A stretch of DNA of 64,000 nt. It comes from an uncultured Chloroflexia bacterium. Its GTDB lineage: Bacteria; Chloroflexota; Limnocylindria; Limnocylindrales; CSP1-4. The stretch is taken from positions 5,666 through 69,665 of the forward strand of contig CAVOWV010000001.1 of NCBI GenBank assembly GCA_963700245.1. Reading direction: 5' to 3'. This document shows, piece after piece, positions 39,405 through 48,749 of the stretch (positions are counted from its first letter, which is position 1; each line of letters opens with the position of its first letter). The position numbers were made by a program, and so were the translations under genes. Below the pieces are notes generated by a model. The model was not told the DNA's origin, did not search any database, and worked only from the letters and a program-made list of their open reading frames with translations.

Positions 39405-40844
39405 ATGCCTGGCCCCAGCCGAAGCCTCCTCCGCCACCCCGACTTCCTCAAGCTGTGGACCGCGGAGACCGTCTCCGTCTTCGGGTCCGCGATCACGCAG
39501 CTCGCGCTCCCGCTGATCGCCGCGACCTACCTGCAGGTCACGCCGTTCGAGTTCGGGCTGCTCACGACCATCGAGTTCCTGCCGTTCATCCTGCTCAGCC
39601 TGCCGGCGGGCGTCTGGGTGGACCGGCTGCGGCGTCGCCCGATCCTGATCGTCGCCGACCTGGGTCGCGCGGTCGCGATCGCGTCCATCCCGGTCGCCTT
39701 CTACTTCGACGCCCTGACGATCTGGCAGCTGTACATCGTCGGCTTCGTCAACGGCTGCTTCACCGTGTTCTTCGACGTCGCCTACCAGAGCTACCTGCCG
39801 TCCGTGGTGGAGCGGGACCAGCTGGTCGACGGCAACTCCAAGCTGGAGATCACGCGGTCCGCCGCGCAGATCCTGGGGCCCGGGGCGGCAGGCCTGCTGA
39901 TCGGTGTCCTGAAGGCGCCGTTCGCGATGGTGCTGGACTCGCTCTCCTATCTCTGGTCGGCCATCTTCGTGTTCTGGATCCGGCGGCCGGAGCCCCCGGT
40001 GGAGCCCCACGACGAGGCGGCCCACGGCCCGAAGCCGTCGATGCGCCAGGAGATCGCCGGCGGCCTCCGGTACGTAACCGGCCACCGCTGGCTGCGGTCG
40101 ATCGCCGCCACCACGGGCATCTCCAACTTCTTCGGCAACGTCAGTCGGCGCGATCCTGATCCTGTACCTGACCCGACGAGCGGGACCTCGGCCCGGCGGC
40201 GATCGGCATCGCTTTCTCGATCGGGTCGCTGGGGTTCCTCTGGCGGCCTTCACGACGGGGGCAGCCACGGAGCGGCTGGGCGTGGGCCGGATGCTCGTGC
40301 TCACGGCGATCGGGTTCAGCCTCTCGGGCCTGCCCCTCGCGTTCGCGCCCGAGGCCTGGTCTGTCTGGGCCGCGCTGTGGCGGGCTTCATCGGCGGCTTC
40401 TTCGGCGTCGCCTGGAACATCAACCAGGTCTCGCTCCGCCAGGCGATCACGCCGCCGCGGATGCAGGGGAAGATGAACGCCACGATGCGGTTCATCGTCT
40501 GGGGCACCATGCCGATCGGAGCGATCCTGGGTGGGGCGCTGGGCAGCCTGATCGGCCTCTACCCGACGATCGTCATCGGGGCGATCGGAGGGCTGGTCGC
40601 ATTCATCCCGGTGACCCTGTCGTCAGTGCGCCACATCGTCACGATGCCGGAGCCGGCGGAGGACGAGGGCGGCGTGGCGAGCGCACGGCGGGCGCGTAAG
40701 GGTCCGCCCCGACGCCGTTCGGTCGGTGTCGGCCAGTTGCGTCAGTTGGAGCGGGCAGCCCGGAGAGCGGCCTCCAGGCGGGCGGCACGTGCCTCGGCCT
40801 CGCGGACCCTGCGGACACAGCGGGCGCAGTCGCCGTCGAACTGA
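39405..40844 (+). pseudogene. MFS transporter, with about four or five frameshifts between 40140 and 40385. The true 3' end is uncertain.
   Basis: ORF 39405..40844(+) is MFS-like up to ...ISNFFGNV and again from AGFIGGFFGVAWNINQ. The gap is bridged in other frames by VGAILILYLT, LGPAAIGIAFSIGSLGF and AAFTTGAATERLGVGRMLVLTAIGFSLSGLPLAF (ORF 40282..40476). Confidence 0.7.
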
Positions 40845-41032
40845 TCCTCGCGCAGGAAGGCGAGCCTGGCGCGGTGCGCCTCCTCGAGCGCGGCCTTGAG
40901 CCGGAGCTCGTTCACCCGGGTGGCGATGGTCTTCCCGATGTCGATCACCGGCGCGTCCTCGTGGCGCGGATGGTGGATCCCGCGCGTCAAGGCGATCATC
41001 GCGAGGTCGCGCTCCGACGGCCATGACCCCAT
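40742..41032 (-). CDS. hypothetical small protein (96 aa)
   Basis: Distal part of ORF 40742..41323(-), from ATG 41032. It reads MGSWPSERDLAMIALTRGIHHPRHEDAPVIDIGKTIATRVNELRLKAALEEAHRARLAFLREDQFDGDCARC.... It is helical and lies downstream of hutU. Confidence 0.45.
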   Translation of the reverse strand: MGSWPSERDLAMIALTRGIHHPRHEDAPVIDIGKTIATRVNELRLKAALEEAHRARLAFLREDQFDGDCARCVRRVREAEARAARLEAALRAARSN

Positions 41033-41100
41033 GGTCCCTCCCCCGATTCGGGGATACGGTCCGCGGCAACCCGTCGGTGTGGGCGGCGATCGCGCGGGAC

Positions 41101-42786
41101 CTACCCGTCCAGCATCGGGATGCGGACGCCGCGCTCCCGGGCCACCTCGATCGCGTGCTCGTAGCCCGCGTCCACGTGGCGCACGACGCCCATGCCCGGG
41201 TCGCTGGTGAGCACCCGCTCCAGCTTGCGTGCCGCGAGCTCCGTGCCGTCGGCGACCACGACCATCCCCGCGTGCTGGCTGTACCCGATCCCGGTCCCGC
41301 CGCCGTGGTGGATCGACACCCACGTGGCACCGGCCGCCGTGTTGACGAGGGCGTTGAGCAGCGGCCAGTCGGCGACCGCATCGGAGCCGTCGGCCATCGC
41401 CTCGGTCTCACGGTTGGGCGACGCGACGGACCCCGAATCCAGGTGGTCCCGCCCGATCACGATCGGTGCCCTGACCTCGCCCGTCGCGACGAGCCGGTTG
41501 AACTCCAGGCCGGCCTTGGCCCGCTCCCCGTAGCCCAGCCAGCAGATTCGCGCCGGCAGCCCCTGGAACGGGACCTTGGCCTCGGCCAGCTCCAGCCAGC
41601 GCCGGAGCCCGCGATCGTGCGGGAACAGCTCCAGCAGTGCCCGATCCGTGCGCCGGATGTCCTCCGGATCCCCGGAGAGTGCGGCCCAGCGGAAGGGCCC
41701 GCGCCCTTCGCAGAACTGGGGCCGGATGAACGCGGGCACGAAGCCCGGGTAGTCGAACGCGTTCTCGACGCCCGCCTCCTGGGCCTGGGCGCGGAGGTTG
41801 TTGCCGTAGTCGAACACGACCGACCCGGCCTCCTGGAACGCGAGCATCGCCCGGACGTGGTCCGCCATCGAGCGCATCGAGCGCTGCATGTACACGTCCG
41901 GCTGGCTGACCCGGAGCACGTGCGCGTCGTGGAGCGAGATCTCACCAGGCACGTAGCCCGCCAGGGCGTCGTGCGCGGACGTCTGGTCCGTGACGACGTC
42001 GAACCGCTCCCCCGCCTTCGCCCACGCGGGCTCGATGTCCGCGGCGTTGCCCACCAGCGCGATCGACGTGGCCTCGCCGGCGGCCGCCGCCTGCCGGGCC
42101 ATCGCCAGGGCCTCCTGCGGCGAGTGCGTGAGGTGGTCCACGTAGCCGATCTCGTGACGGCGCTGTGCGCGGTGCTCGTCCACCTCGATCGCGATGCAGA
42201 CACCCTCGTTCATCGTCACCGACAGCGGCTGGGCGCCGCCCATCCCGCCGAGACCCGCCGTGAGGACGACGCGCCCGCGCAGCGTCCCGCCGAAGTGCTG
42301 GCGGGCCAGCTCCGCGAACGTCTCGTAGGTGCCCTGGAGGATGCCCTGCGTGCCGATGTAGATCCAGGACCCCGCGGTCATCTGGCCGTACATCATCAGG
42401 CCCCGCTTCTCGAGGTCCCGGAAGACGTCCCAGGTGGCCCACTTGCCCACGAGGTTGGAGTTGGCGATCAGGACCCGCGGCGCCCACTCGTTGGTGCGGA
42501 AGACCGCGACCGGCTTGCCCGACTGGACGAGGAGTGTCTCGTCGTCCTCGAGGCGGCGGAGCTCCCTGACGATCGCGTCGAAGGCCTCCCAGCTGCGGGC
42601 CGCCTTGCCGGTCCCGCCGTACACGACGAGGTTGTCCGGGTCCTCGGCCACCTCGGGATCGAGGTTGTTCATGAGCATCCGCAGGACGGCCTCCTGCTGC
42701 CAGCCCTTCGTGGACAGCGTGGTGCCGCGCGGGGCGCGGACGGGGCGCGGGCCGGAGGGCGAGGCGCCGGGTGTGTCGGTGCTCAT
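41101..42786 (-). CDS. hutU: urocanate hydratase
   Basis: ORF 41101..42807(-), with preferred start ATG 42786. Motifs: [42 protein letters not shown]. Confidence 0.93.
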   Translation of the reverse strand: MSTDTPGASPSGPRPVRAPRGTTLSTKGWQQEAVLRMLMNNLDPEVAEDPDNLVVYGGTGKAARSWEAFDAIVRELRRLEDDETLLVQSGKPVAVFRTNEWAPRVLIANSNLVGKWATWDVFRDLEKRGLMMYGQMTAGSWIYIGTQGILQGTYETFAELARQHFGGTLRGRVVLTAGLGGMGGAQPLSVTMNEGVCIAIEVDEHRAQRRHEIGYVDHLTHSPQEALAMARQAAAAGEATSIALVGNAADIEPAWAKAGERFDVVTDQTSAHDALAGYVPGEISLHDAHVLRVSQPDVYMQRSMRSMADHVRAMLAFQEAGSVVFDYGNNLRAQAQEAGVENAFDYPGFVPAFIRPQFCEGRGPFRWAALSGDPEDIRRTDRALLELFPHDRGLRRWLELAEAKVPFQGLPARICWLGYGERAKAGLEFNRLVATGEVRAPIVIGRDHLDSGSVASPNRETEAMADGSDAVADWPLLNALVNTAAGATWVSIHHGGGTGIGYSQHAGMVVVADGTELAARKLERVLTSDPGMGVVRHVDAGYEHAIEVARERGVRIPMLDG

Positions 42787-42832
42787 GCGCGGGAGTCTAC
42801 GTCGCACGCGGGCGCGTGACGGGCGGATTTCG

Positions 42833-43459
42833 CTAGGGCCGCAGACCCGCCATCAGGCGCTCCCCGTACCGTCCCTCGCCGACGGAGAACGCGGAGACGA
42901 GCAGACCCCGGCCCTCGAGCCACGCGTGGTACGTCCGCAGCCCACCGGCGCAGGTGCCGATGTAGACGGTCCGGCCGCCAAGCTGTGCCTCCGCGTTGCC
43001 GGCCACGCCCCCCGACTGGCCGCAGGCGCCCTCGTCGTACGAATCCCGCCAGTCCCGGAACCAGGCCTCGGACCAGGCCCCGGGCACGGGCTGGGCCACC
43101 ATGGCCGACGACAGGTCGTTGCCGGCGACGACGACTCCGAACGCCGCAGCCTCCACGTTGGCCGCGAACGCCGGGTCGGCGATCGCGTCCGCGAACGCCT
43201 GCGACTCCAGGACCACGGGCTGGCCGGCCACCGACGCCGGGAGGACGGCGATCAGCGACGGGTCCTCGACGGCGACGTCGGGCGCGGAGGCGGATGGGGC
43301 CGCGGCGGCCGGCGCGTCGGTGGGCAGGCCGGGGCCGACCGACTCCGTCGGAGCGATCGTCGGCGGGGGGCCCTTCGCGGTCTCTCCGGGCGTTCCGCAC
43401 GCCGCCGCGGCCAGGGCGACGACGACGACCAGCCCCGCTGCGCCCGCGACCCGCCTCAC
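42833..43459 (-). CDS. lipoprotein of unknown function
   Basis: ORF 42833..43459(-). The lipobox is [11 protein letters not shown]. Its GTG start overlaps the upstream gene's stop (GTGA at 43456-43459). Confidence 0.6.
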   Translation of the reverse strand: MRRVAGAAGLVVVVALAAAACGTPGETAKGPPPTIAPTESVGPGLPTDAPAAAAPSASAPDVAVEDPSLIAVLPASVAGQPVVLESQAFADAIADPAFAANVEAAAFGVVVAGNDLSSAMVAQPVPGAWSEAWFRDWRDSYDEGACGQSGGVAGNAEAQLGGRTVYIGTCAGGLRTYHAWLEGRGLLVSAFSVGEGRYGERLMAGLRP

Positions 43460-44220
43460 GCGAGCTCGCGCCGCATGACCGGGAAGCGCTCGTCCGGGGC
43501 TGCGACGGCGAAGCCCAGCCCCTGCCAGAACGCGGGCTCGGCGGCGCTGGTCGCGTTGGGCTTGGCGCCGACCTGGGGATACGTCTCGACCGCGGCGAAC
43601 CCGCGTCCGGCCAGGTCATCGCAGACCGCCTCGACCAGCATCGCGGCCAGCCCGCGGTCGCGGGCGGCGGCGGTCGTGGCGATGCACGTGATCACCGCGG
43701 GCAGCGGTGCGGACGGCAGGCGCGGGTACAGGTCCCGGGTCCGGAGGGCTCGCGGGTACGCGGACAGTGGCCCGAACTGGGCGTACGCCGCGGGCTCGTC
43801 GTCCTCGAGCAGCACCTTGGCATACGAGCCGAAGACCGCCAGCCCGCGGGCCAGCAGCCGGAGCTTCGGCGGGGCATCGGCGGCCACTACCGGGCCCGTC
43901 TTCGGCTTCGGGGCGAACGGGTTCTCGGGTGCCTCGTCGTCCGAGGCCAGGAACGGGTTGTACGTCTCGCGCCGGGCCGGGGCGAAGGGGTTGAACGCCG
44001 GCTCGTCATCATCATCCCCGCCGAACGGGTTCCGTGGCCGGGACGGCTTCGGCGGCTCGGGCGCGGCCTGCGCCCCGAACCACGACGCGCGCGCGGCCTT
44101 CGAGCCGCGATCGGCGTCCTCCCAGTAGTCGCAGGAGCGGTGGTCGAACCCCGGGTCAGCGCACGGCGGCAGGAGGGCGAACGTGGGGTCGTCGGTCACG
44201 TCGACGATGCGGATGGCCAT
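43456..44220 (-). CDS. GNAT-family acetyltransferase-like protein with an internal acidic insert carrying four NPF motifs
   Basis: ORF 43456..44220(-). The N-terminal block is CADPGFDHRSCDYWED. The insert is RNPFGGDDDDEPAFNPFAPARRETYNPFLASDDEAPENPFAPKP. The C-terminal GNAT-like core is RDRGLAAMLVEAVCDDLAGRGFAAVETYP. Confidence 0.65.
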   Translation of the reverse strand: MAIRIVDVTDDPTFALLPPCADPGFDHRSCDYWEDADRGSKAARASWFGAQAAPEPPKPSRPRNPFGGDDDDEPAFNPFAPARRETYNPFLASDDEAPENPFAPKPKTGPVVAADAPPKLRLLARGLAVFGSYAKVLLEDDEPAAYAQFGPLSAYPRALRTRDLYPRLPSAPLPAVITCIATTAAARDRGLAAMLVEAVCDDLAGRGFAAVETYPQVGAKPNATSAAEPAFWQGLGFAVAAPDERFPVMRRELA

Positions 44221-44236
44221 GATCGGGCCAGTCTAG

Positions 44237-44308
44237 CGGCCCATGACGCTCTATCGGCCCGTGTGTCGGCCCATGGTGCGGCGTGTGTGTCGGCCCGTGA
44301 CGCGGCGG
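44237..44308. repeat. cluster of four CGGCCC(R)TG motifs, including a 24-bp tandem duplication (GTGTGTCGGCCCRTGRYGCGGCGT), in the leader/promoter region of the GNAT-lipoprotein-hutU transcription unit
   Basis: CGGCCC occurs at 44237, 44255, 44267 and 44291. The 24-nt units are 44261-44284 and 44285-44308. Confidence 0.8.
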
Positions 44309-44669
44309 CTGAGGGTGACGCTCGGGAGCGAGGTTGGCCATGTCATCTGGCCAGGTACCGAAGCCTTGCGTCGTACGGTGCGTGCCAGCCACCGGACGCC
44401 GGCTTCAGGCCCCATGACCGGCGCGCCGCCTCCGTACAGGCACCCGAGACCCCGGCGAATACCGATGCCGTGCGTGTTCGGCCAGGTGCTGATGGCCGAG
44501 CACGCACCCCGCCGTTGCGTGGCCGCGAGACCGCCCCATGGCAGCACGCAGACACGCGCCTCATCGGTATCTGGCCACCTTGCCGTCGGGAGGCCGCGAT
44601 ACCACGCGCGTGGTCGGTAACTGGCCAGCGTGGGCCGCCTGGCTGGGCTGCCGCCACGCTGCGGCTCGC

Positions 44670-46313
44670 TCAGCCCGCGAGATCCGCCAGCGTGCCGTCG
44701 TGGACGAGCGCGAGCACCGCCGCGAGGTCGGGCCCGGGCTCGCGATCCTCGGCGAGGGCGTTCACCCGTTCCCGGACCCGGCGATGCGCTTCGGCGACGC
44801 CCACGCCGGGCGCCGGCGCCGCGGAACCCTCGGCGACCGATCCCATCAGCGCCAGCCGCAGGTCAAGCGCCTGGGCGGCACACAGCAGCTCGATGGCCAG
44901 GATCTGCTCGACGTGCCCCAGCACGATGCGGGCATGGCGGGCCGCGGCGGCCCCCATCGAGACGTGGTCCTCCTGGTTCGCCGACGTGGGGATCGAGTCC
45001 GCCGACGACGGGTGGGCGAGCACCTTGTTCTCGGACGCGAGGGCGGCGGCCGTGTACTGGACGATCATGAGCCCGCTGTTCCGCCCGGGGTCGGGCGTCA
45101 GGAAGGCCGGCAGGCCGCCATTCAGCCGCGGGTCCAGGAGCAGCGCCGTCCGCCGTTCCGAGATGGCGCCCAGCTCCGACAGCGCCAGCTTCGCGAAGTC
45201 GAGCGCCAGCGCGATCGGCTCGCCGTGGAAGTTGCCGCCGGAGATGACCAGGCCACCGCCCGTCGCGAGCGTGTCGGCAGGGGCCGCGCCCCCCTCGGGG
45301 AACACGAGCGGGTTGTCCGTCGCGGAGTTGAGCTCCACGTCCAGCACGCGCCGGAGGTGGTCCATGGCGTCGCGCACCGCTCCGTGGACCTGCGGCACGC
45401 AGCGCAGCGAGTACGGGTCCTGGACCTTGTGCGCGGACCCGTGGTGGGCGCCCTGGAGCCCGGAGTCCCGCAACAGGTGCCGCATCTGGCCCGCCACCGC
45501 CACCTGGCCCGGGTGCGGCCGCGCCAGCTGGTACGGCGCCGCGTAGGCGACCTCGGTACCCAGGAGCGCCTCGAGGGACATCGCCGCGGCCACGGACGCC
45601 GTGCGGATCAGCCGGTCGGCGTCCGCCAGGAGCAGGGCCCCGAGCGCAGACATCAGCTGCGTGCCGTTGAGGAGTGCCAGGCCCTCCTTCGGGCCGAGCG
45701 TGAGCGGCTCCAGGCCGGTCTCCCGAAGCGCGATCAGCGCCGGCAGCACCTGCCCGTTCAGCTCCACCTGCCCTCGCCCGATGAGGGGTAGCGCGAGGTG
45801 GGCGAGCGGCGCCAGGTCCCCCGACGCCCCCACGGACCCCTGCTCCGGCACCACGGGGTGGATGCCCAGCGCAAGGAACTCGCAGATCCGGTCCACCAGC
45901 AGCGGCCGGCAGCCGGAGTGGCCGAGTGCGAGCGTGTTCGCACGAAGGAGGAGCATCGCCCGCACCACCTCGCGCGGGAACGGGCGCCCGACGCCCGCCG
46001 CGTGCGAGGCGAGGAGGTTCTCCTGGAGGCGGGCCGCGTCGTCCGGGGGGATGGAGGTCGTGGCCAGGTCGCCGAAGCCGGTCGTGACCCCGTAGACGAC
46101 TGCGCCCTGGGCGACGAGGCGCTCGATGACGTCGCGCGCCTCCTGCATCCGCTCGCGGGCATGGACGTCCAGCGCCGCACGGGCGCCGTGACGGGCGACC
46201 GCCTCGACGTCGGCGACGGACAGGTCGGCGCCGGTCAGGACGACGAGATCACGCTCGCGCGGGATGGGTGAGCGCTCTGGTACGAAATGGGCATCGGTCA
46301 CGAGAGCGAGCAT
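44670..46313 (-). CDS. hutH: histidine ammonia-lyase
   Basis: ORF 44670..46313(-). YGVTTGFG is present, and GSVGASGDLAPLAH carries the MIO-forming ASG triad. Confidence 0.93.
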   Translation of the reverse strand: MLALVTDAHFVPERSPIPRERDLVVLTGADLSVADVEAVARHGARAALDVHARERMQEARDVIERLVAQGAVVYGVTTGFGDLATTSIPPDDAARLQENLLASHAAGVGRPFPREVVRAMLLLRANTLALGHSGCRPLLVDRICEFLALGIHPVVPEQGSVGASGDLAPLAHLALPLIGRGQVELNGQVLPALIALRETGLEPLTLGPKEGLALLNGTQLMSALGALLLADADRLIRTASVAAAMSLEALLGTEVAYAAPYQLARPHPGQVAVAGQMRHLLRDSGLQGAHHGSAHKVQDPYSLRCVPQVHGAVRDAMDHLRRVLDVELNSATDNPLVFPEGGAAPADTLATGGGLVISGGNFHGEPIALALDFAKLALSELGAISERRTALLLDPRLNGGLPAFLTPDPGRNSGLMIVQYTAAALASENKVLAHPSSADSIPTSANQEDHVSMGAAAARHARIVLGHVEQILAIELLCAAQALDLRLALMGSVAEGSAAPAPGVGVAEAHRRVRERVNALAEDREPGPDLAAVLALVHDGTLADLAG

Positions 46314-46330
46314 AGGCTAACCTTCCGCCC

Positions 46331-47002
46331 GTGTTCGACTTCATCAACGGCCCGGTCCGCGACCTGGTCACCTCCCTGTACGAAGCCGTGGGCTATCTCG
46401 GCGTGATCCTGTGGGTCGCGATCGAGAGCGTCGTGATCCCGATCCCGTCGGAGCTGGTGCTGCCCTTCGCCGGGTTCCTGGCGGCCGACCCCACGTCCAT
46501 CGAGCCGCTGACCGGGGCCGCGTGGACCATCCCGCTGCTGGTCACAGCGGCGACGGTCGGATCGCTCCTCGGCGCGCTCGTCGCCTACGCCATCGGGTAC
46601 TTCGGGGGCCGTCCGCTGCTCCTCCGCTGGGGTCGGATCCTCCGCTTCACCGAGGACGACCTGGTCCGCACCGAGCGGTTCTTCGATCGCTGGGGCGCGT
46701 GGGCCGCCTTCTTCGGGCGGATGGTGCCCGTCGTGCGGTCGCTCGTCTCGTTCGGCGCCGGCGTCGGCCGCATGCCCCTGGTGCCGTTCGCGGTGTTCAC
46801 GGTCCTCGGCTCCATCCCGTGGAACCTGGCGCTCGTGCTCGCCGGCTACCTGCTGGGTGAGAACTGGGCGCAGTTCGAGCTCTGGATGGCCCAGTACGAG
46901 GTCCTCGCGCTCGCGGGCATCGCCCTCGTGGGCCTCGCCTGGATCTGGCTGCGCTTCGTCCGGCCGCGCCTCTCGGCGGCCGACTCGGAGAGCCAGCCGT
47001 GA
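46331..47002 (+). CDS. DedA-family membrane protein (paralog 1)
   Basis: ORF 46331..47002(+), GTG start. DedA blocks: ESVVIPIPSELVLPFAG, GRMVPVVRSLVSFGAG. Confidence 0.85.
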   Translation: MFDFINGPVRDLVTSLYEAVGYLGVILWVAIESVVIPIPSELVLPFAGFLAADPTSIEPLTGAAWTIPLLVTAATVGSLLGALVAYAIGYFGGRPLLLRWGRILRFTEDDLVRTERFFDRWGAWAAFFGRMVPVVRSLVSFGAGVGRMPLVPFAVFTVLGSIPWNLALVLAGYLLGENWAQFELWMAQYEVLALAGIALVGLAWIWLRFVRPRLSAADSESQP

Positions 47003-47715
47003 TCGCCTTCATCGACGAGATCGCCCTGCCCTTCCTGCAGTCGCTGTACGCAGCGGTCGGCTACGTCGGCGTGATGATCGCGATGGCGATCGAGTCCGCG
47101 ATGATCCCGCTGCCGTCGGAGCTGATCCTGCCGCTGGGCGGGTTCATGGTCTCGGACGCCTCGCAGATCGAGCCGCTCACCGGGGGGGCGTGGAACTTCT
47201 GGATCGTGGTGATCGTGGCGACCATCGGCAACACGCTCGGGTCGCTGATCGCCTACGCCATCGGCGCCTGGGGCGGCCGGCCATTCCTGGAGCGCTACGG
47301 CAAGTACATGCTGATCCGGGAGCACGAGCTCGAGGCCGCGGACCACTTCTTCGCCCGCTACGGCTCGGCCACGGTGTTCATCGGCCGCCTGCTGCCCATC
47401 GTCAGGACGTTCATCTCGTTTCCGGCAGGCGTCGCCCGCATGAACCTCGGCAAGTTCATCATCTACTCGACGCTGGGCGCGCTGCTGTGGTCGATGCTGC
47501 TGGTCTGGGCCGGCCTCCAGCTGGGCGCCAACTGGGTGACGATCCGGGACATGCTCAAGCCGTTCGACATGGCGATCGCCGGCCTGGTCGTGGCGCTGTT
47601 CCTGGGCCTGCTGTGGTGGCGGCTGGGGATGCCGGGCTGGCCGAAGAAGGCCGCGCCGGCCGCCGAGACATCACCGGCCGCCGAGCCCGCCGTGGACCCC
47701 GAGCCGGGCGCGTAG
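46999..47715 (+). CDS. DedA-family membrane protein (paralog 2)
   Basis: ORF 46999..47715(+). DedA blocks: ESAMIPLPSELILPLGG, GRLLPIVRTFISFPAG. There is a 4-nt GTGA overlap with paralog 1. Confidence 0.85.
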   Translation: MIAFIDEIALPFLQSLYAAVGYVGVMIAMAIESAMIPLPSELILPLGGFMVSDASQIEPLTGGAWNFWIVVIVATIGNTLGSLIAYAIGAWGGRPFLERYGKYMLIREHELEAADHFFARYGSATVFIGRLLPIVRTFISFPAGVARMNLGKFIIYSTLGALLWSMLLVWAGLQLGANWVTIRDMLKPFDMAIAGLVVALFLGLLWWRLGMPGWPKKAAPAAETSPAAEPAVDPEPGA

Positions 47716-47752
47716 CCCAGGGCGTCTAGCCCGGACCCGCCGCCCGGGATCC

Positions 47753-48461
47753 CTAGCCCCAGGGCAATTCGTTGGCCGCGCGCAGGTGTCCGAGGTCGTT
47801 GGCCACCAGCAGCTTCGCGTCCTCGGGGCCGTCGCCCGCCTCCCAGCGGAGCACCGTGAGGTTGGCCTGCGCCTGGACGAACCGCTTGCGGTAGTCACGC
47901 AGGTCCGTGCCCAGGGCCACGCACATGAGGACCCGGTTGGTGGAGCTGTGGGCCACGGCGAGCACGGCCCGCTCCCCGGGGGCGCCGCCCGGCCCGCCGA
48001 CGGAGGTGGCCGCCCGGAACGAGGCCCGCGCATGCCATGCCTTGTGGTCGGCGATCAGGTCCTCGAGGAAGGCCCGGACCCGCAGCGCGACGTCGTTGCC
48101 GGACTCCCCGCCCGGGCACGCCAGCCGGTCGGGTGCCAGCTCCCACTCGCGCCGGGCCGCGCCATCGCGCTCCTCGATCTGCTCGTAGGTGAGACCCTCC
48201 CAGGCCCCGTAGTCCATCTCCTTGAGCCGCGGGTCCGTCTCCAGCGCCGGCGCCGCGGGCCAGGATCTCGGCCGTCTCCTGGGCCCGGAACAGCGGGCTG
48301 CTGATCCGCCGTTCGAAGCGCACACCCGCGAGCCGGCGGGCGAGGGCCTCGGCCTGGCGGCGCCCGGCGGCGGACAGGGAGATGTCGATGTGCTGGCCGA
48401 GATGCTGCTCGGGCTCCGAGCGATCCGTGAGGCCGTGGCGGGTGAGGACGAGGGTGAGCAC
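47753..48461 (-). CDS. histidine phosphatase (phosphoglycerate mutase-like) family protein. One frameshift near 48257-48261.
   Basis: ORF 47895..48461(-) gives the N-terminus MLTLVLTRHGLTDRSE...SSPLFRAQETAEILA. ORF 47753..48502(-) supplies PAAPALETDPRLKEMDYGAWEGLTYEQI...AVAHSSTNRVLM. Confidence 0.8.
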
Positions 48462-48524
48462 GACGCAAGTCTAGGGGGTCCGAGTCGTGGGACAATGCCC
48501 ACCGGAGGTACAAGCGAGACACCG

Positions 48525-48749
48525 ATGAGCGGTCACGAGCCCACACCCGCCAATGACGCCGACGCGCCCGAGGCCGGCCATGCCGACGACCACGGCGGCG
48601 GTCATGGCGACCACCACGACGGCGGCACCCTCGGCCCGATCGCCTGGCGGATGTGGGGCGTGGGCATCCTGGGCGTCGTGGTTGCGCTGATCGTCGTGGC
48701 GGCCTTCGTGGTCGCGACGGACTTCGTCTTCCTGACCCCGGTCGCCTAG
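48525..48749 (+). CDS. possible small His/Asp-rich membrane protein (74 aa)
   Basis: Tail of ORF 48222..48749(+), from ATG 48525. It reads MSGHEPTPANDADAPEAGHADDHGGGHGDHHDGG followed by a TM helix WGVGILGVVVALIVVAAFVV. Confidence 0.35.
   Translation: MSGHEPTPANDADAPEAGHADDHGGGHGDHHDGGTLGPIAWRMWGVGILGVVVALIVVAAFVVATDFVFLTPVA

Noticed and set aside
44243-44620. 125-aa plus-strand ORF (repeating VCRP) in the hutH-GNAT spacer
   Set aside because: It is Arg/Cys/Pro-rich and its apparent repeats simply reflect the 24-bp DNA duplication. It has no RBS and no protein-like composition.
41023-45546. Long plus-strand ORFs 41023..42819 and 42985..45546 (598 and 853 aa). Similar cases are 50107..52218, 18838..20427, 37946..40159 and 24003..27477(-).
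   Set aside because: All are low-complexity (R/G/P/A/D) and exactly antisense to well-supported genes (hutU, hutH, fhs, the binding protein, hutI, tdh/kbl).
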